DNA of 64,000 nucleotides from assembly GCA_003427395.1 (NCBI GenBank), contig BFEA01000028.1, positions 4,581,198 through 4,645,197 on the forward strand, read 5' to 3'. Each line of letters starts with the position of its first letter. The stretch's first letter is position 1. Source of the stretch: Chara braunii. Lineage: Eukaryota > Plantae > Charophyceae. This document shows, piece by piece, positions 13,305 to 26,429 of the stretch. Made by a program: the position numbers and the translations under genes. Below the pieces are notes generated by a model. That model saw only the letters and a list, made by a program, of their open reading frames with translations, did no database searches and was not told the DNA's origin.

Positions 13305-13390
13305 AGGGGTAATTGCTCTTATCAGCACCCATAGCATCTACTTGGGCTGTTCTTTTCCACAAAAAAAAAAAAAGGGAGAAAAAAAAAAAA
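13305..13390 (+). mobile_element. Extremely 5'-truncated retroposon (terminal TGCTCTTATCA stem-loop + poly(A)) with TSD
   Basis: TSD AAAAGTAGAGGACTGTATT at about 13286-13304 and 13390-13408. Confidence 0.85.
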
Positions 13391-13482
13391 AAAGTAGAGG
13401 ACTGTATTGCAGAGCAATCAATGCTGGCAGGCGTCTCTCAAAAAACCCCTTTCCTGGTATCCTCCAAACTCATTCTGCATAT

Positions 13483-13608
13483 GGGACTCTCGCCCCGTTT
13501 TCCAGCAGGTGATGCTCCCCACAAATAGATGGAGCCCCCCCCTAGATGCTAGCGGTGCCTGCTCTTACCAGCACCACTAGAAAAGGAGGTGGGGTGGTTT
13601 AAAAAAAA
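13483..13608 (+). mobile_element. Retroposon module copy with short A-tail
   Basis: TTTCCAGCAGGTGATGCTCCCCACAAATAGATGGAGC...TGCTCTTACCAGCACC...AAAAAAAA. Confidence 0.8.
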
Positions 13609-14972
13609 GGAACTGTTTTTATAACTCTTGGACTGGGCAGTCGATGCTTCCTCTTCCATTTAGTATGACAGTTGGATTGCCCACCAATATAGACTATAGG
13701 CAAGGCAGAGGGTAACCATTGCTATTGAGGGATGCTCGTACTAACCCCCCCCCCCCAATGGCAGGAAGAACCACTGTTTGTCGGGAAAAAAAAAAAAAAG
13801 GAAAGTTAAATTGTTGTGTTGTTTTCAGAGCTGTAGGATGATGCTAAGCCTTTCGGTAAATTGATTGATATTCCCTCTCCTGTTCTGAGGACTGGTTGCA
13901 GTGAGTCCTCTCCTGAGTCCGGCCGCTGATGTTGCGCAGCTCAATAGAGGATACACATAATTTTTGTGAGGCAAGCCGGGAGCAATTTTCTTAAAAAGTT
14001 CAGAATTTGTGCAAAAAAAAAAATAAAAAAAAATAAAAAAAATCCCGGTTTATACAGGGGAAAAAAAAACGAAAAACAACAATGCTCTAAAAGACAAATT
14101 TGGCACACATCTTTAGGGTTTAGGGTTTAAGGGTGTTACAGGGTCTAGGGTTTTAGGACCAAAAAAAAAAAAAAAAAAAAAAAAAAGAGACCCAAAAAAA
14201 CAGCAATTGTTTATCACAAAGGCCTCTTTAACCAAATTTGCCACCAATTCATAAAGTGGTCACCGACTCTCCATCTCAATTAACAGCCCATTACAACCAA
14301 ACAAAAAAACAAAAAAAAACAAAAAAAACATGAAAAACTGTTGAAGGCAGAAGTGCACATGGATGCAAATTTCCCCAACATTACAATTTCAGAAATTTTC
14401 AGAAATCTTCAGAACCCCCCGTGTGTCATATCGACCCACTTGCACACAGCCAAAGGGCAAAGAGGCAAAGAAAAGAGGAAGGGAACAGCCAAATACAACA
14501 AAACAGGGGGCAACATGCAACAGCACCAAAAACGGATCCTAGATGACAAGTCCCACATGCAAGCACCGCCCCACCTACAAAGGCCAAACGATGGGACAAG
14601 ATCACCCAGGACAAAACACTCTTGTCTGCAAAAAAAGAAATCCCAGGTACATATCCATACACAGCAGATGCCCTTGTTCGGCATCAAGAAGTTGGTATTC
14701 CAATGTCGACTGAAATACTGGGACACCGCCAACGGCAAAAAAATATAAAGACACTCCCAGATGACGATTCCCTCAAGCAAACACCGCCCCACCTACAAAG
14801 GCCAAACGACGGGAACCAGCCAACTATGATGCCAGAAGTAAAAAAAAACGGATGACAAATCCCACATGAAAACAATGCCACGTGGACCGAACAACCCACA
14901 TAAAAACACCGCCACGTGGACACCGCCACGTGAACCGAACAACGAGACAAAGCCAACCGGGATGCAGACAAA

Positions 14973-17900
14973 GGTGCCACTGGGATCACTGCATGGGTTG
15001 AGGATTTCTGGGAGGAATGGAGATCCGCTAAGCAGCTGTTTATGAGCACGGCCGAGTGGGTCGATGCAAGACTGAGAATTGTATTGCTCAAGCTTGATTC
15101 TTTCTCGTGCATTTCAGCTTATCTTCAAGTTGGCAACAGGGAGGAGAACGCACTGCGTCAGCGGGTAGAGGAGGCAGAAGGCAAACTGGGGGACAACCCA
15201 ATATCGGACCTTTGCTGGTCAGAAGAGAGGACTCTGAGACTTCACGAGTGGGAGGAATCTCAGATCAGGAAGGAAGAATGGAGGGCAAAGATTCTAGAAG
15301 TGAAAGGGATTGTCTCGTCAGATCGGTTGTCAAAAGAAGCCTTCAAGCGGCTGCTGCCGCGGAACACAGCGGTCAAGATGAGAGAGTTAAAGCGCCCGCA
15401 TCTCATAGGGAAACCTATTGCAGTGGATAACAGGGAAATGTGTAGCTCTGCGGTAGATCACTTTCAAGACATCCTGTCTACAAGGAGACAGTATGATAGC
15501 CTGGAGGATAACATGGCGGAGGAGTCTCCTGTCTAGAACAACTTGGAATGCAGATTGCCTTTGGAGGGAAGACTGCTACTGGATAGGCCGATCACGGAGG
15601 AGAACTCACTGCTACTCTAAAAAGCATGGTCCGCGGCAAAGCCCTGGGGGATGACGGCTTGCCAGTAGAGTTTTTCATGGCGTGCTGGGAGGTGATGGTT
15701 GGGGACTTAGTGGCAATGTTCAATGAGATCCGGGACGGGGGGAGGCTTGGCAGAACCATGACAAGGGGGATCATCTCCCTGCTGTTCAAGAAAGGGGACA
15801 AGAGTGATATAAGAAATTGGAGACCTATTTCGCTATTGAACGTAGTGTACAAACTGTTGGCCAACAGGTTGAGACATTACCTACCACGCCTGGTACAGCG
15901 AGACCAAGGCGCATTCGTGAGTGGTAGATCCATATTCGAGAACGTCGTGACAGCAATCGAGGCGTTGGAACTCATCGACAACGAAGATTTGGATGTGGCA
16001 GTGCTGCTTTTGGATCTTGAAAAGGCTTAAGATAGGGTTAATTGGACGTTTGTTCTCACTACTTTGCGGGTCATGGGATTCGGGGAGTGTTTCTGCAAAT
16101 GGGTTAAAGTTATGTATGGCAAGGCAACGGCAGGAGTATGTGTAAATGGAAGGGTCTCAGAGGAATTTTACCTCAAAAGGTCCCTGCGACAGGGGTGAAC
16201 ATTGGCTCCACTCCTGTTTGTACTCCACTTGGAGCCGCTTCTCTGCAATATCCGCTGTCATCCGGAGATCAAAGGTCTAAACCGGTCGGGTGGAGGGGAC
16301 AACAAGGTTAAAGCTCTGGTCGATGACCTATTTGTCATCTCAGTTAATCAGGCTCCATCTCTAGAAGCGTTGAAATCGTGCCTCATGGAGTTTGCAGAAC
16401 TCTCAGAGGCTGCAGTCAACTGGAGGAAGTCAACCTTCTTCCTCCCCAAGAGGTACCTTCCTGCAGTTCAATGGGGGATGGCAAGGGTGGAGGCGGATCA
16501 AGCAGAGCACTTTTTAGGAGTGCAGGTGGCATTGGGTGACTGCTCATCATCACAGGAGGTGATCCTGCAAGAGAAGGTGTGCAAGAAGATAAAAAGCTGG
16601 GGTCCGGCTTTCCACCTCTCCCTGATTGGGAGGGTCCTGGCTGTTATGGCATTGACTTTCGCACTCCTGTGGTACGTGGCGACAGTCCGCAGATTTTCGC
16701 CCCCCATGCTGAAAACGCTTAAGGGAGTTGCTCGGAAATTTATTTGGAAGCCCACAGGGGGCGCAGGCGAGGGATACATCTGTAAAGTTGCCTGGGACGT
16801 ACTGTGCAGACCTCGGAGTGAGGGAGGCTTATCCTTGCTAGACCCGGCAGCACATAATACGGCCCTCCTTGCTAAATGGGTGCTTCGGGTGGCTGAGGCG
16901 GAGGAGGAGACAGATTGGGTCCTGCTGGCAGAGACTCTGCTGTCCAAGGAATGGGGTTTGGCGCGCCCTGCTGATACCTGGGTTGCTCTGATGACAGAAA
17001 CTTACGCACGCAAAAGACCCAAGTCTCAATTCTGGAGGGAGGTGCTGCAGGCATGGAAGAAGTGCAGACCACCACTCAACCGCCCAAGGAGGAGGTCAGA
17101 CGGCAGCACCTATTTGAGAACCCTCGGATCATAGATCCGGGAGGGGACTGGTTCTCTTTAGAAAAGGCAGCCAGGAAATTTTGGCCAGAGTTGGTTGCAG
17201 AAAGGAGTAGCCATGGTGGGTGATCTCTGGGATGATTGCTGTAACCAATGGAAATCTCCTGTTACAAATGAAAGAGATCCTAGGTTACCTTCCGCACCAG
17301 GAAAGTCGGTTGGGGTTGCCGCTGCAGGCAATCCCTGAAGACTGCAAAAAGCTCCTTGGACCGGAAGGTGTTGACCCGCCAGGCACCTGGTTTGTCACAG
17401 CCTTCAAAGGAACATAACAATTCTGCAGACTCGAAAGCTGGCCGGAAGAGTGCCCGGGCAAATTTTGGCTGGAAACTTACAAACGCGCACTCCCTTCCCT
17501 CCCAACTTTGGAAAGGGTGGGTATGCGACAGCAGTACGGCCTTATAGGGCTGAGGGAAACTCGAGTGAGACTGGTGCCCCCGAGTGAAGAAGGATTCCCA
17601 TTGGTCCCCGTGCTCATTGGGAACGGGATTGCTCTGCATTATATGAGAATCGATCCATCGGTATTGGGTTGGCAAGTGGGGGAGATCACAGTCATGGGAC
17701 TGGAAAAACTGAATGCCAGTCTAATCCTAAAGAGGAGATTGGACTCAGGGTCTGTCTGCGAAAAGATTGGAAACTGTTGGGATCGGAATGAGACACAACT
17801 GGCTCGACCATCGGAGCAGGAGCTCACCAAGTTGTGGATGCAACTGCAGATGCTCCTAGCGGTCCCCTCTCAGAAAATCGCCTCATTGTTGTGGTTGCAG

Positions 17901-18957
17901 TCGCACCTAGCGGTCCCTACTGCTCAGTGGCTATCGGAGAGAGGTATGGCGGTGAGAACAGTCTGTGACAGATGCCGTGAAGCCCCTGAGTCGATGCAAC
18001 ACCTCTGGTGGGAATGCCTGAGGTCCAGGAAGTGGTGGAGGTGGTGGGAGTATCACTGGAGGAGATTTGCAGGGGAGGCAGACCTGGTCGGGCAGAGGTG
18101 GGTACTCACAAGCTGCATACCGAATAACCACAGATACTCAGAAGGCTGGGTCTATATCGCACAGGTTGGCAGGGGCATAATGTTCTGGATTATCTGGGCA
18201 GACAGAAACAGCCTTCGATTCCAAGGGGAGAGCTTACAGGAAAAGGCGGCAGAAGATCTCTTCAAGAAGCTTTTGGCCGCAGCTATCAGAGCAGATTGGA
18301 CCCGGAAGGTGGTCCAAAGGGATTCCTTTCAGGGTAAGAACTGGTTCCGACGAACATGGGGATTGGGTTTGGCACACATATCTAAGGCTGGTCAGTTGGT
18401 GCTGGGCAGATGGTTGGAAGAGGTGGCCGAGGAGGTGTAGGAGGTGGTGAGGTGGGGTAGGTGCTGGCTGTTGTTCCCTTTTCTTTTTGAGGTTTGTGCG
18501 GCTTTGTGGGGTTTGGGGCCTGCTCCCTTTTGTTCTGAACCAGGCGCACTTGGTGCAGTCGGCGGTCACAGTAGACCGCAGGAGTTGGGCTTATAGAGTG
18601 TCAGGGTGTTCGAAAGGAATGATGTTCCTCCTGGCCGATGGTAGGCCGAGGCCAGTCCGCAACTGAGGACTGTGTCTTAGGATAGGTTAACATAGCACTG
18701 GTTGGTAGGTTAGGGAGACCTGGGTAGGGAGCACTCAGTTCATCAAGCGTAGGATTGGCAAAGTGGATTGAAAGTTAAGATAGTAGGAATTACATGCGAG
18801 ATGTTAATAAGATCTTCTGGCCTTTGCGGTATGAGTACTGAAGCTAAATCGGGTGAAGCTGGCGGGATAACTCCGGGTTGAATTGTGAGGTCCCCGGCCT
18901 CACTATTTTCATTTGGAATACGAGTTGTTGGTTGAAAAAAAAAAAAAAAAAAAAAAA
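14973..18957 (+). mobile_element. 5'-truncated, decayed L1/Tx1-clade LINE (ORF2 RT + zf-RVT, 3'UTR, poly(A))
   Basis: RT motifs GKALGDDGLPVEFF, NWRPISLLNVVYKLLA, QGAFVSGRSIFEN, LLDLEKA*D, LRQG*TLAPLLF and KALVDDL; WDVLCRPRSEGGL; C-terminal CDRC..ESMQHLWWEC. Several stops and frameshifts. Poly(A) at 18935-18957. Possible decayed TSD GGGATGCAGACAAA (14959-14972) / GGGAAGCAGGACAAA (from 18958). Confidence 0.93.
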
Positions 18958-19062
18958 GGGAAGCAGGACAAAACGACATGTTTTTTTTCCCCTTTTTTCT
19001 TCTTATTCTGAGGAAACCGCTAGCACAAGTGGAGGAAGGGGAAAAAAGGGGGTGTAACCAAA

Positions 19063-19198
19063 TGGCTCAGTTGGTACACCCCTGAACTCTTGAAGTACAC
19101 AGTCGAGTTCTATCCCAGATCAGTTGGTACACCCCTGAACTGTTGAAATACAGACTCGAGTTCGATCCCAGCTCAGTTGGTACACCCCTGAACTGTTT
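19063..19198 (+). repeat. 53-bp tandem repeat built from tRNA-like Pol III A- and B-boxes (2.5 units)
   Basis: TCAGTTGGTACACCCCTGAACT at 19067, 19120 and 19173. A-box TGGCTCAGTTGG; B-box-like GAGTTC(T/G)ATCCC at 19105 and 19158. Confidence 0.75.
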
Positions 19199-19506
19199 GC
19201 AGACCGTCAGGGTTGCGTTTCCCCCCCTTGAGACGTTTCAACGTCATTGAAATTTCAACTTCGGTGGTCGTCCGGGAGGGTGAGCATTTTGAGGTTTGGG
19301 GTTTATCAAGGGGCGGGGCATGCGAAGGACCGGTAGCTGCCCATAGGAGGCCGAGGAGGTCGGTCATTCAGTTTTAAACATTCCGAAATCGAAACGGTGT
19401 GGATCCACTTTTCTCAAATAGAAGAGCAATTCGGAAAGAACACGTGTGGATCCACTTTTCTCAAATAGAAGAGCAGTTCGGATAGAACACGTGCGCGTTG
19501 AGTTCG

Positions 19507-19690
19507 GGGGCTCGTTAGACACTCCTCGGGCGCGTAAATCCCCGAGGAAAATTTCGTTCCACCTATCCTCGGGGATGAAAACGAAGAAAAAAAAAGTGAA
19601 AACATTTCCTTGGGGAATCCTTGGGGCATCCTTCGGCTACAACCATTTGGTGGCATTCCCCAAGGGACCACCCGAGGTCCTTCGGAGGTC
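19507..19690. mobile_element. One end of the GGGGCTCGTT MITE family (full copy at 54188-54675)
   Basis: GGGGCTCGTTAGACACTCCTCGGGCGC... matches the termini of the 54-kb element. Confidence 0.7.
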
Positions 19691-21714
19691 AAGGATCCGC
19701 GATAATCGGAGCAGCAAGGGCACCCGTCCCTGACAAAAACATTTTGTCGGCTGGGCCATTGGAGTTCCTACTGGGCAGCGCACGGACATCTTGGGTCTTC
19801 AACGTTCAGCTTCCAGGAACCTTACGCCAACGGTAACCGTTGGTGGCCAGCCGGCCCCCGCGGAAGTCGTCGACCAATGTTCTCCCTCGCATTGCGTGCC
19901 GCCAAACGGAAAGGGGTCGAACGGTCGACAAATTTGAATACTTCAGCCGACCCCCCTTGCTCCAATTGCCCACTGTATTCCGCGACGAAAAACATTACAA
20001 GGCGTTTGTCCCATGCTGCAGTCTGCTGTTTGCAGCCCACTTCGTTGCCGTGTGCTGGAGGTGTACCGTCGTTGTCTAGCTATTGCCCTTCCCCACTTGC
20101 CTTTCATGGCTGACGTCTTTCAAAGGTTGGTGTTGCTGTTGCTCCTGGTCATCCTTTCGCTTGTCCTTCTCGTCTTCTTCCACGTTTGCATCTTCGACAG
20201 GGTGCCTAGACGTACACGTAAGAGGCGGTCTTCGAAGAAGGACGTCCGCATAGACGAGCGCCATGCGAAGCGCAGGTCTTCAGTGGACCACTCCAGAAGC
20301 CACCACGCAGGCCACGGTGCAGCTCGCCGTGCAAGAGCGTACGACCCGTTAGAGTGCGTGTGTCGTATGCTGTCCTCTACCGTCTACTCCCTTCATCGTC
20401 CCCGTTCGGTGGATCTTCACCGTCATCGTAGAATTACGGCCCTGTCGTACGTGTTGTTGATGGCCGACCTCTATTGAAGGTTGCCACTGCTGCTCCTAGT
20501 CATAATTTTGTTTGTCGTGGTCCTTTTGTTCCACGTGTGCTTCCTCTACTGACCTCTATCGAAGGCCTCCATCAGAGAAGACGAGGGATCGACACCAACT
20601 ACAGTCGATATTGACATCGACAATGCATCCCGCGGGTGTTCGTCCACACTGGATTCAATCGTCATCGCCTGAAAGACATGTGACGACATACACAACTTCT
20701 CCCATAAGTACTCCGTCGCATCATCGCCTTGCCTAAGATTCTCCCACCCACCCCCCCGTCCTCCTTTGTATCCACCACCTCGGCGTCACTAGTGGAAGAA
20801 CACTCCAACCCATGGTGCAGCAAACCTGAACTGCAGCCTCGGTGATGGTCACGGTGTCGGACCAAATACCCTTACAAGGGTATTTGGCCATGCTTTTGCC
20901 TTCGACACGATGACGGCGTCGGCTACCATGACAGAGCCGGTCTAGAATGGAAAGGGTGTGCACGCTTTAGCGTGACACTCGAAACGAATTATTCGGCCAA
21001 TGAGGTCGGGGCGAAATCGGTGAGAAAATTTCGAGAGTATGAGCGCGCGTTATTATGATGCGCGTTGTGATGGTTAGGATCAGTAGTAATACCCTCCGAC
21101 CGAAAAGGTCGAGGGGCTGATTGGGTTAGTATTGTGTCAGGTAGATCTACAACACACACTGAGATTTGGGTCGGTACCTGCCTACCTACTGGTACTGCGC
21201 GTCTAAAAACACCAACTTTTGTCTTCTTCTGCTCGACCTTGAGTACCCGGCACATCTATCTCTACTCGGTGTAGTACCTACCTACCTGCTACTTGAGTAT
21301 TTCTCGCTACTCTTAAGTATTGCGGACCTCTTTGCCCGCCACTTGAGCGTTTTTCCCGCCGTAACCATCAAATGGCGCGGCCACAGCTAAGTACTGGCCC
21401 AACGGGCCTTCCGATTAAACAAATGCCCTTGCGGGTCATACACACACTCAAACCGATAGGCATTCGGACAGGCACGTAGGCCGGGAGGTGTGCACGCGCG
21501 CAGACTTGGAAAACGGGCTCAGGCCACTAGGCGGACTGAGCCTTACTCCACTACTACAAACATATTGAGTTGCTCCCATTCTACTCGAAGTGGGAGCTAG
21601 CTCAGTAGGTCTAGGTGTTGTTTGTTAGATAGGGGATACAGGGATTGAAGCCTATCGACAACTGAGCTAGCTCCCTTTTTGCGGGTAGCTCAACTGCATT
21701 TTTGCCCAGGTTGC

Positions 21715-21800
21715 GATCGGCCGGGATTCGAACCCGCAACCTCGAGACTGGGAGAAGTTGCAGTAAGAGCCCGTTGTGACAGTTGGCACAACGGGGTAGT
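21715..21800 (-). mobile_element. tRNA-derived SINE head fragment
   Basis: Minus-strand B-box GGTTCGAATCC (21724-21734) preceded by GAGGTTGCG, a T-arm-like context. No clean cloverleaf. Confidence 0.5.
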
Positions 21801-22289
21801 TAGCAGATAGATCCTATTTGCATTTTCCTTTTTTGTTTACCTTCTTTTTATTTTTTATTTTTATTTATTTCGTTAGATTCTGTTTCTTTTCTTTTGTTTT
21901 GTTATTCTTTTCTCTACGTGACCCGCGGGTACAAAAGTTCTCAATGAATCTGCCGCTAATGCAAGGGCAGATTCATTCGACAGTAGTTGCAACTACCTTA
22001 GTCGAATAAGCCCTGCCCCTGGTTTGTTAGACCCAGCTAGGAGACCGCGTGGTAAGGAAAGGTGGAGAGCGAAAACGCGAGTGCAATAGCGGGAGGAGAC
22101 TGCGCATGGGCGATGGAGCTGAGTGGCATAGCAGGGAAAGAAATCGGCGCGCGACATGTAGGGAACGAAGAAGGGAAAGCGCACGCGAATCGGGATGAAG
22201 AAGACTACGAGGAGGAGGAAGAAGAAGAAGAAGAAGAAGAAGAAGCAGGCAGCCATAACCGAGCTGCGCTGCTGTATGCTGGATGAAGT

Positions 22290-22863
22290 GCATGGTGATC
22301 CTTCGGTGCACGTGACATCTGTGAGTGAGGGATCGAGGTTGTGAGTGAGGCGAGAGACTTACCTGGTGCTTGACACGTGCGGCATTGGCTGAGATCTGCT
22401 CGTACTTGGGAAGCTGTTGACGTCATCAGCGACATTGTAGTCTAGGCTAGATAGGATCCGCCATTTGTAGTTTGGACGCCGAGCGCCAGGTAGGATACCG
22501 ACACTGGGTCTGATGATGATGATGATAATGATGTGAGGGCACTTACCTTGTATTGGCAATGGTCTGCATGGGCGACATCTTCAAGTACTTCGGGTTGCAG
22601 CTGATGTCAACAGTTGCATTGTCAATCCGTAGGCTGTAGTGGTTGTGTAGGAGTAGGCTGGGCGCTGAGCGCCAAGTGTGAGAGTGAGACTCTTGGGTTG
22701 ATGTGGAGAGAGTATGCTCTCCTTGACATTGGTTTTCAGTACTACGAATCTCGATTGGTGTATTATTGGTGCAATGCTGCTTTCTGGACACGGTATGACT
22801 ATCTGGCTTTCAATGTGATGGTGTAATCCGGAATTGTCATCTCGTTGTTGCTTATTTTCCTTG

Positions 22864-22928
<65 letters not shown>

Positions 22929-23180
22929 GGTGCATGGTGGTTCTGAGTGCAAGTGGCATCTGTGTGTCGGGGATCAAGGTTGTGAGTGAGGCGAGAAACA
23001 TACTTGGTGCCGGAAACATGCGACATTGGTCGTTGTATGCTCGTACTTTGGAAAGTTGTTGTCGTCAACATTCAGCATTGTAGTCTAGGCTAGATAGGAT
23101 CTGTCACCTGTAGCCTGGGCGCCGAGTGCCAGATAGGATATCAACATTGGCTCTTCATTGATGATGATGATGGGGCTATT
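22290..23180 (-). pseudogene. Fragments of a spliced gene with duplicated small exons (probably transposon-borne)
   Basis: ~250-bp diverged direct repeat (about 22290-22530 vs 22930-23170). Minus-strand CTAG|...|GTAAGT or GTATGT bounds ~80-nt segments at 22363-22442 and about 23005-23085, with another GTAAGT donor at 22541-22546. Confidence 0.45.
22865..22928. repeat. (TTA)n microsatellite; another at about 23330-23408
   Basis: Directly visible. Confidence 0.95.
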
Positions 23181-23351
23181 CCAGCATTGTCAATTATGAG
23201 TTTTTGTTGTGCTCTTATTTGGTGAAACTCGTGATACAATTTTGTTGTTGGTTCGAGGTTACGACTATCTGGTCTATGTATATGATGCTGTTTGATTGCG
23301 GAAGTTGGCTGTTTCTCATCTTCTTTGTATATTATTATTATTTTATTATTA

Positions 23352-23408
<57 letters not shown>

Positions 23409-23959
23409 CAGTGAAATCAGACTTGCTACATTCACACTTTTCATGCATACAAACAGTAGCGCAGCAAACTGGCGACATGCGCCCACTCAAAACTTAGAGA
23501 TATGGAAACCCAGATACGAGTTCATTTTCAATGACTATGGCGACTCAGCATACACCGGATCGCCCTGGATACCCCACACCCGATACTCTGCACTCACACA
23601 ACACACACGCACACTACACATTAACTCTAGCTATGGCGGCTATGGCCGCAACTACCCTATCGCTATGCTACGCTCCTTCTCTCTCGCCCACTTTGGCTCC
23701 GGGCATCTGCAGACCACCTCACGTAAGTCACTGTGGCAACGCTCCCGGGGCTTCCGCAGGAATGAATGAATGGCTGGGCGCTGCCTCTTGATTTACACTT
23801 CTGTAACTCGTTGGTCTGCCTCTTTCCCATACCCGTGGTGCCCACAGTCCCATGCGGTACTTGCTTGACTGGACCTGGACTGACTGGGATGTACCGCTGA
23901 CTCAGCACAGTCACACTGCTAACCTACCAGGGAGAGCCTACGCCCCTGCCATCGGAGTG

Positions 23960-25345
23960 CAGACAGACAGACAGACAGACGGACAGACAAACAGATAGAT
24001 GGACGAACTGTGACAGACAGACATGCACAGTCCCAGTCACGCACACACACAGGCAAAATGACATGTATTGACACTGTGACACGCGCAAAAACATAGAAAA
24101 CAGACATTGTGTTACACGCGCAACACAAAAACAAACAATGTGACACACACAGTCACACGCACAGACACAGAGAAACACACTGTGCCACAAACAGTCACAG
24201 TCACAAATGTACAGACAGTGTGACACACACAGTCACACGCATAGGTTATACAGTGACGCATACACACAAGTGTGACATACACACAAAACATCGTGGCAGT
24301 CACACTACGACAGACACAGATTCTGTGACTGTCACTCAGATACAGAAAACACAGTGACACGGACACTGTGACACAAACACACAATGCACAGTCACACAGT
24401 CACAGTGACACATATGCACGCAGACACTGTGACAGTCACACACTGACGTACAGTCACACGGTGACACTGATACATACAGTGACACAAATACTGTGACATG
24501 CAAACACGTTCACACAGTGGCATAGACATAGTGACACAAACACTGCAGCACGCAAATACAGTGACACAGTGGACACACATACACAGTCCCTGTCACACAA
24601 ACGCACAGACTTAGTGTCACATACACTGTGACACGAATACACAGGATCACGCACACAGACTCAGTGTCACATACACTGTGACGCAGATATACAGTCACAC
24701 ATTCTCATACACGCAGTTACACGGTGACACGTAGTGCACATTGACGCACACCGATACACAGTGCACGGTCACATACACAGGCACCATGTCACGTATACTG
24801 TGACATAGATAAGCAGATACGCGGTCAGAGTAACAGACATTATGAAAACCACGCGGACACACATTAAAAACATACAATGATACAGTGCACCGTGACGGTG
24901 ACACACAAATACGCGGACAACAATGCACGGTGACACTCATACAGACATAGTGACACATACGCACTGTGACACAGACTGTGGCACACATAGCAAGATATCG
25001 ACCTTGACGTACACAGTGTGACACAGACTGTGGCATACACAGCAAGATATAGACCGTGACGTACACAGTGTGACACGGACTGTGGCGTACACAGTGAGGT
25101 ACAGACTGTGACTTACACAGTAACACACATAGAGAAGGCACAGATTCAAGCACACAGTAACACACACGAAAACACACCATTTCACTGTAACAGACTCACA
25201 TAGACACAGTGACACGGACACTGTGACAGACACAAGTCACACAGTCTCGTACACACAGTTACACGGTGACACACAAGTGCACAGTGACACACACAGACAC
25301 TGTGACAATCACACAGACGGAACAAACACAGTGACCCTCAGACAC
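23960..25345. repeat. Degenerate CA-rich low-complexity minisatellite (GTGACAC/GTCACAC motifs)
   Basis: Dense ACACAGTGACAC/GTCACAC motifs; source of the C/V-rich spurious ORFs. Confidence 0.9.
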
Positions 25346-25379
25346 AGGGGTTCTTCTAAGGCAGTGAAACGGCTCGGAC

Positions 25380-26425
25380 GGTGATAAGAGGAGCGAGGCT
25401 CCGAGAAGTCTGCCTTATTACCAACCAGTCGTGCGTCAGTGTAAGATTAGTGTGGTAAGAGGAGCGAGGCTCCGAGAAACCTGCCTTACCACTATAATAA
25501 CTAAGATTAGTGTGGTAAGAGGAGCGAGGCTCCGAGAAGCCTGCCTTACCACTATAGTAACAAAGATCAATGTGGTAAGAGGAGCGAGGCTCCGAGAAGC
25601 CTGCCTTACCACTATAGTAACAAAGATCAGTGTGGTAAGAGCTGCCTTACCACTATAGTAACTAAGATTAGTGTGGTAAGAGGAGCGAGGCTCCGAGAAC
25701 CATGCCTTACCACTATAGTAACAAAGATTAGTATGGTAAGAGGAGCGAGGCTCCAAGAAGCCTGCCTTACCACTATAGTAACAAAGATCAATGTGGTAAG
25801 AGGAGCGAGGCTCCGAGAAGCCTACCTTACCACTATAGTAACTAAGATTAGTGTGGTAAGAGAAGCGAGGCTCCGAGAAGCCTGCCTTACCACTAGAGTA
25901 ACTAAGATTAGTATGGTAANNNNNNNNNNNNNNNNNNNNNNNNNNNNNNNNNNNNNNNNNNNNNNNNNNNNNNNNNNNNNNNNNNNNNNNNNNNNNNNNN
26001 NNNNNNNNNNNNNNNNNNNNNNNNNNNNNNNNNNNNNNNNNNNNNNNNNNNNNNNNNNNNNNNNNNNNNNNNNNNNNNNNNNNNNNNNNNNNNNNNNNNN
26101 NNNNNNNNNNNNNNNNNNNNNNNNNNNNNNNNNNNNNNNNNNNNNNNNNNNNNNNNNNNNNNNNNNNNNNNNNNNNNNNNNNNNNNNNNNNNNNACTAAG
26201 ATTAGTGTGGTAAGAGGAGCGAGGCTCCGAGAAGCCTGCCTTACCACTATAGTAACTAAGATTAGTGTGGTAAGAGGAGCGAGGCTCCGAGAAGCCTGCC
26301 TTACCATTATAGTAACTAAGATTAGTGTGATAAGAGTAGCGAGGCTCCGAAAAGCCTGCCTTATCACTAGAATGACAAACAACAGTGGTAGTAAGAGAAG
26401 CGAAACTCCGAGAAGCTTGCCTTAT
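25380..26425. repeat. 60-bp tandem array with an internally palindromic unit, spanning an assembly gap
   Basis: Unit AAGATTAGTGTGGTAAGAGGAGCGAGGCTCCGAGAAGCCTGCCTTACCACTATAGTAACT. About 12 visible units, one internally deleted at about 25623-25663. Gap at 25920-26194. Confidence 0.95.
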
Positions 26426-26429
26426 TTCC

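Noticed and set aside
23919-25233. Cys/Val- or His/Thr-rich proteins
   Set aside because: These are translations of a CA/GT-rich low-complexity repeat.
25380-26425. CRISPR array
   Set aside because: Units are contiguous near-identical 60-mers with no unique spacers, no cas genes are present, and the context is eukaryotic.
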